Part shown: in pieces, positions 59,477-64,000 of the stretch
Layout: every line of letters starts with the position of its first letter
How positions within the stretch are numbered: the first letter of the stretch is position 1
Source of the DNA: an uncultured Chloroflexia bacterium
Lineage (GTDB): Bacteria; Chloroflexota; Limnocylindria; Limnocylindrales; CSP1-4
Assembly (NCBI GenBank): GCA_963734535.1
Contig: CAVTHS010000014.1
Span: 275,654-339,653, forward strand
Direction: 5' to 3'
DNA: 64,000 nt
Notes under the pieces: model-generated
Databases searched by the model: none
The model's input: the letters and a program-made list of their open reading frames with translations, nothing else
What the model was told of the DNA's origin: nothing
Made by a program: the position numbers and the translations under genes

Positions 59477-61675
59477 CTACGGTGTGGGGGTGACGATCAC
59501 GAACTCGTCGAGGTCGACGCGGGGCCTCCCGGAGGTGCCCACGGTCCGGATCTCGAGCGTGTGCCTTCCGCTCGTCGTCCACGAGCGGAGCGTCATGATC
59601 AGCCGGGCAGCGGACGTCGCGCGGCCCAGGTTCACCGTGCGCTCGTACGCACCGTCGACGTAGATGCGCGCCTGGCCGCGGGTCGGGCCCACGGTCGAAA
59701 CCCAGCCGATCTGGCTCCCCGTGAAGGTGATCCGGACGCTTGCGCCGGCGACCGACGCGGCGATCGCGCGCCCGCCGACGAACGCCGCGGAGCGCTTGGT
59801 CGACCATGCGCCCTTGCGGACGATGGCGGACGAGGTCTCCTGCACCGCGCTCAGACGGAACGCCCCGGCCGTGGCCCATGCGCCGACGTTGCCGGCTCGA
59901 TCGATGGCTCGTACCCGCAGGCGATGCACAAGGCCGGGTGCCAGCGCCACGGTGACGCTCGTGTCGGTGGCCTTCGCCAGCGGCACGGCGACCCAGGAAG
60001 AGCCGATGGACCGCTGCAGCTCGTAGCCCTTCACGCCGCGGCCCTGGTCCGTCGCCACCGGCCACGTGATGCCGACCGGGATCGTCGAGGCACCGAGGGT
60101 CGTCGCGGCGAGGAGCGTGGACACCGGGGCGCGGGCGACCGGCGGGAAGGAGTCGAGACGAACGGTGACCGTCGCCGTGCCCTGGATGCCGCGTGCCGTC
60201 GCGACCACGGTCGCCGTGCCGGGCGCCGTGGCAGAGAATCGCCCCGCCGGGGTGATGGCCCCAGGCCCGGTCACGGTCCACGCGAGCTCTCCGTCGACGA
60301 GCGTCACGCCGTTGTAGGCGGCGTCCTGACCCTTCACGGTGAAGCCCGTCGCCTCGCCCTGCCAGAGGCCGGCGGTGGCCGGCTGGACGGCGAGCGTTGC
60401 GAGCGGGCCGGTTGGCAGCGAGCTGAAGACGATCAGGCTGTTGGCAACCCCGACCTCGCGGCCGGCGGATGGGCGGTTCACCAGCGAGACGTCGACATCG
60501 CCGGGCAGCCGGACGTCCATGGCCGTGGAGCCCCCGCCGTCCATGTTGAGCGCCTGGACCACCCCGCGGGACAGCATGAGCTCCGCAAGCTCGTCGAGGT
60601 CGACGCCCAGGCTGTAGCCGGACTGGCGCCCATCCACGGTGGCCATCACCAGGTCGCCGTTCGCGGTGATCCCCAGCGCGGTTCGGGGATGGAGCTGGTC
60701 CGCGATCAGCGGGCGCGGCGAGATGTCCGTCACGCCATTGGCAATGATGAACTCGCGAGCACCGATCGCCTCGCGGACGTTCTCCCAGCCGGGGGTGATC
60801 GAGAACGTGAGCGGCAGCGGATCACCGGGCTTGAGCGTGTCGAGCAGGGACCCCGCCGGGCCGTTGAGGACGACGGTGTCCGGCGCGATCGCGATTCCGC
60901 CGAGGGCGGCGCGAACCTCGCGAACCACCCCCGGCTGCGTCCCCGTCGGAGCGAGCGGAAGCGTGACCCCCTGGAGCACGACGTCGGTGCCGCCGACATC
61001 CTCCGGCGTGGTGGGCCCGAACCGGGGCGTGTACAGCGCGAGCTGTGAATCGGTCCGGCCCTGGTTGACATGCGCGATCGTGCCGATCGTCCCGTCCGGC
61101 CAGGTGAGCGACACGCTCACGAGGACGTTCCCGATGAGGGGTTTGCCCGAGGCATCGATGCCGAACGTCGGACGCGCCGCCGGCGCCGCAGTCACCAGCT
61201 CCCCCGCGTGGATGTCGATCCCGTTCGGCGCGAACTGGGTCGGGCTGGCGTAACCGCCCCACGTGTCGCCGTTGATCGCCGCGACGGCGCGATGCCCGTC
61301 GGCCGACACGCGGAGCGCCTGGCTCGTGGTGGTCTCCAGGCGCGTGATCCGGTCCCCGGCGAGCGACGTCTCGAGGGTGATCCCGGGCGTGCCGATCGTC
61401 ACCTCGACGAGGTTGACCGCCTGGATCCCCGAGCGCGTCGTCTCGATGGTTCCCCAGTCGTGCTGCACGCCCGGCGCCACCGGGGCCCTGCCCATCGAGA
61501 CGTAGGGCGTCGAGACGGAGGCGCGGGCCGTCGCGGGGCGCAGTGCGCCAGGGAGGAGCGGAATCGGGACGGCCGCGCCGGAGAACGCGAGGAGGGCGGC
61601 CAGCGTTGCCGCGACCAGCGTTGTCGCCGCCCCCGCGCGGGCGCGTGGGCGGCTCGACCGGTGCGGGGAAGTCAT
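59477..61675 (-). CDS. secreted phosphodiester glycosidase (NAGPA-like) protein with Ig/FN3-like C-terminal domains
   Basis: Signal peptide, AAINGD, HPRTALG, VDGRQ, NMDGGGS, RVRAIDRAGNVG. Confidence 0.85.
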   Translation of the reverse strand: MTSPHRSSRPRARAGAATTLVAATLAALLAFSGAAVPIPLLPGALRPATARASVSTPYVSMGRAPVAPGVQHDWGTIETTRSGIQAVNLVEVTIGTPGITLETSLAGDRITRLETTTSQALRVSADGHRAVAAINGDTWGGYASPTQFAPNGIDIHAGELVTAAPAARPTFGIDASGKPLIGNVLVSVSLTWPDGTIGTIAHVNQGRTDSQLALYTPRFGPTTPEDVGGTDVVLQGVTLPLAPTGTQPGVVREVRAALGGIAIAPDTVVLNGPAGSLLDTLKPGDPLPLTFSITPGWENVREAIGAREFIIANGVTDISPRPLIADQLHPRTALGITANGDLVMATVDGRQSGYSLGVDLDELAELMLSRGVVQALNMDGGGSTAMDVRLPGDVDVSLVNRPSAGREVGVANSLIVFSSLPTGPLATLAVQPATAGLWQGEATGFTVKGQDAAYNGVTLVDGELAWTVTGPGAITPAGRFSATAPGTATVVATARGIQGTATVTVRLDSFPPVARAPVSTLLAATTLGASTIPVGITWPVATDQGRGVKGYELQRSIGSSWVAVPLAKATDTSVTVALAPGLVHRLRVRAIDRAGNVGAWATAGAFRLSAVQETSSAIVRKGAWSTKRSAAFVGGRAIAASVAGASVRITFTGSQIGWVSTVGPTRGQARIYVDGAYERTVNLGRATSAARLIMTLRSWTTSGRHTLEIRTVGTSGRPRVDLDEFVIVTPTP

Positions 61676-61800
61676 CACGCCAATGGTAGCGCGCTCCACG
61701 AGCGCCGCCCTTCATTGCGCGCGGAGATGCGGGGGCGGTCCCGGGTGGCGGCCGAGCATGGGGCGGCCGATGCCGCTCGCACCTCTGCTACGATCCGGGC

Positions 61801-62160
61801 ATGCCGTTCGACATCAACGGGATCCGGATCCCGACCATCCAGTGGGACAACGTGGCGGTCCGCTGTCGCGGGTGCGGCGAGGTGATCGACGGCACGCCCT
61901 TCCGCATCAACGTCATGGACATCACCTCGGTCGAGATTCCTCCGTCCTGGTCTGGCCCGACGACGATCAACCCCGGGCCGTTCCAGCTCCACGCCGACCC
62001 GGCATGCGCGCGCCGGTGGATGCGCGAGCGGGGCAACCTCTTCTGCCGCAAATCCGCGGTCCGCGAGCTGATGCGACCGATCGTGGTCCCCGGCGAGACG
62101 CCCCGCTGGGGACTCTGCGACGGGTTCCATCACGACGACCACGAGCTCGTCCCCGCCTGA
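61801..62160 (+). CDS. small Cys/His-rich putative zinc-binding protein
   Basis: CRGC, H..C, C, CDGFHHDDH; TGCTACGAT 6 nt before ATG. Confidence 0.7.
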   Translation: MPFDINGIRIPTIQWDNVAVRCRGCGEVIDGTPFRINVMDITSVEIPPSWSGPTTINPGPFQLHADPACARRWMRERGNLFCRKSAVRELMRPIVVPGETPRWGLCDGFHHDDHELVPA

Positions 62161-62187
62161 CCGTCCCGCCCGGGAGGCCTCCTCGGC

Positions 62188-63249
62188 ATGAGCGTGATCA
62201 TCACCTCCATCACGTCGCTGATCGCGCTGGCTTTCGCGATCGCGCTGCTGGACCAGTGGCGGGTCCGACGCCGCACCTTCCAGCTCGTCTGGGCCGTCGG
62301 GATGCTCTTCTTCGGGATCGCCAGCGGGTGCGAAGCGGTCGCGGCCGCGACCGGGTGGAACGAGCTGCTCTACCGGACCTGGTACCTGACCGGCGCCGTC
62401 TGGACCGCGGGCTGGCTGGGGCTGGGGAGCGCATTCCTGCTCGGACGGACGCGCTTCGGCTATGCGTTCGCGTTCTGCCTGCTCCTGGCCGGCCTCTTCA
62501 CCTTCCTGACCCAGCGCCGCTACAACTACGAGGGTGCCGGGAGCGCGCCGATTCTTTACTTCATCGCTGCCGCCGTCCTCGCGCTGGCCATCGCGGTCGA
62601 GACCTACTTCCAGGGCAATCGCTGGCCGCGGATCGCGGCGATCGCGGTGATCGGGGCGAGCGTCCTCTCGGTGGGCCTGATGCTGACCACGACGCTCGCG
62701 GCGCCGGGCTGGAAGGTGGATCCCGCCACGAACGCGCCGGTTGCCGACCTTCTTCCGGGCACCCTGCGCCTGCTCACCCCGTTCCTCAACATCACCGGCG
62801 GGCTGGCCCTCGCGTTCGGCGCGGTCTTCTCCGCGTACGTCTTCATGCCGAAGCGGCGCATCCTCGGCTACTCGCTCGACCCGAACCAACCGGGCGACCA
62901 CTTCCTGTTCAACCTCGCGATCTCGCCGGTGGCCATCAGCGTCAACTTCGTGGCGTCCCTGCCGCACGCGCTGCGGGCGCTTCTTGCGGGGCGCCTGCAC
63001 AGCCGCGTCCCCGCCACGATTCTGATCGCGATCGGGGCGTTCCTGGCCTCGTCGGGCGACATCCTGGCGCGCTTCGGAGTCACGGAGTTCTTCCTGCTGG
63101 GGAAGCTCGTCGCGGTCTTCTTCCTGTTCGTCGGCTTCCTCGTGAGCGTCGAAGCGTTCAGCGAGTGGCGCGTCCCGTTCACCCGGATCGTCCTCCTGCG
63201 GCGGCGTGCGGAGCCGGCGCCGGCCGGCGAGTCGCAGCCCGGCGCCTGA
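62188..63249 (+). CDS. polytopic membrane protein of unknown function
   Basis: About 10 hydrophobic segments, GGGAGG RBS. Confidence 0.75.
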   Translation: MSVIITSITSLIALAFAIALLDQWRVRRRTFQLVWAVGMLFFGIASGCEAVAAATGWNELLYRTWYLTGAVWTAGWLGLGSAFLLGRTRFGYAFAFCLLLAGLFTFLTQRRYNYEGAGSAPILYFIAAAVLALAIAVETYFQGNRWPRIAAIAVIGASVLSVGLMLTTTLAAPGWKVDPATNAPVADLLPGTLRLLTPFLNITGGLALAFGAVFSAYVFMPKRRILGYSLDPNQPGDHFLFNLAISPVAISVNFVASLPHALRALLAGRLHSRVPATILIAIGAFLASSGDILARFGVTEFFLLGKLVAVFFLFVGFLVSVEAFSEWRVPFTRIVLLRRRAEPAPAGESQPGA

Positions 63250-63277
63250 CGTCGCCGGCGGTCGCTACCCTCCTGAC

Positions 63278-64000
63278 GTGACCATCCCGCCCGGGCGGCT
63301 TGGCGGCACGCTCGCCGTCGCCGTCGCTGCCTGCCTGTTCGGCACGCTCGGACCAGCGTCCCGGGGCGCATACGACGCCGGCCTCACGCCGCTCACGTTC
63401 GCCCTGTGGCGCGCCTCGCTCGGCACGCTGGGCCTGCTCGCGATCATCGGGACGCTGACCTTTCGTGGACGGGACCGCCTCCACTGGAAGGCGCTCGACC
63501 GGCGTACGATCGCGGCGCTCGGCGCGGCGGTCTCGGCGGGCATCGTGCTCAACCTGGCCATCTTCTCGGCGTTCGGCCAGATGTCGATCGCCCTGGCGCT
63601 CCTCGGCTTCTACACGTACCCGGCGCTCGTGGCGCTCGGCGCGGTTGCGATGGGCGAGGAGCGGCTCACACGGGGCCGCGTCATCGCGCTCGCGCTTGCG
63701 CTTGTCGGGATGTCGGTCGTCGTGCTCGGTGGCCCGGGCGCGGAGACGGCCTCGAGCTCCGGCCGCGGATTCGAGCTGGCCGGCCTCGGTCTTGCCCTGC
63801 TGGCGGCGGCGATGCAGGCCGTCTACGTGCTCCTCGGCCGCCGCGGCTTCCCGGCGGTCCCGACCGGGGAGGCGACGCTCGTGGTGCTGGGTGGCACCGC
63901 GGCCGGGTTCCTGCTCCTCACGCTCGCGACCGGCTCGCTCCAGGTGGCCCTCATCCCGTTTCGCGCGCCTGCCGCGCTCCCCGTTCTCCTCTGGGCCGGC
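63278..64000 (+). CDS. EamA/DMT family transporter (partial)
   Basis: GTG 6 nt after TACCCT; ACLFGTLG, FYTYPALVAL..GEERL. Confidence 0.85.
   Translation, partial: MTIPPGRLGGTLAVAVAACLFGTLGPASRGAYDAGLTPLTFALWRASLGTLGLLAIIGTLTFRGRDRLHWKALDRRTIAALGAAVSAGIVLNLAIFSAFGQMSIALALLGFYTYPALVALGAVAMGEERLTRGRVIALALALVGMSVVVLGGPGAETASSSGRGFELAGLGLALLAAAMQAVYVLLGRRGFPAVPTGEATLVVLGGTAAGFLLLTLATGSLQVALIPFRAPAALPVLLWAG

Noticed and set aside
52362-64000. Prophage or ICE integrated at tRNA-Glu
   Set aside because: No integrase, phage or conjugation genes and no att duplication seen.

Overview
High-GC bacterial chromosomal segment with no rRNA, CRISPR array, transposase or integrase visible. Gene content, GAAC-N4-GTTC SOS boxes and frequent leaderless genes suggest a Terrabacteria lineage, probably Chloroflexota such as Limnocylindria (inference). 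Contents in order: (i) 1-7.2 kb, a co-oriented minus-strand locus with a MalT-like STAND/BTAD regulator, two unannotated micro-ORFs both ending in KGF, a membrane HD-GYP phosphodiesterase and a DUF5317-MFS fusion. This is the best candidate for an undescribed peptide-signalling system, and its central low-GC part is full of frameshifts. (ii) Dodecin, dnaB, lexA, rplI, two GT-C-like membrane proteins, dinB and a small gene with two SOS boxes. (iii) A dispersed histidine-to-folate-C1 catabolic cluster (cyclodeaminase, folD, fhs, hutH, hutU, ftcD, hutI) with a divergent HisD paralogue and an RHH/MazF-type TA pair. (iv) A candidate anti-SD sRNA, argS, a VWA surface protein, a PHP phosphatase, kbl-tdh, LacI plus a GH13 enzyme, and tRNA-Glu followed by a small accessory region and surface/membrane proteins. 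Several genes have indels that may be sequencing or assembly errors. All family calls come from motif recognition, not database searches.
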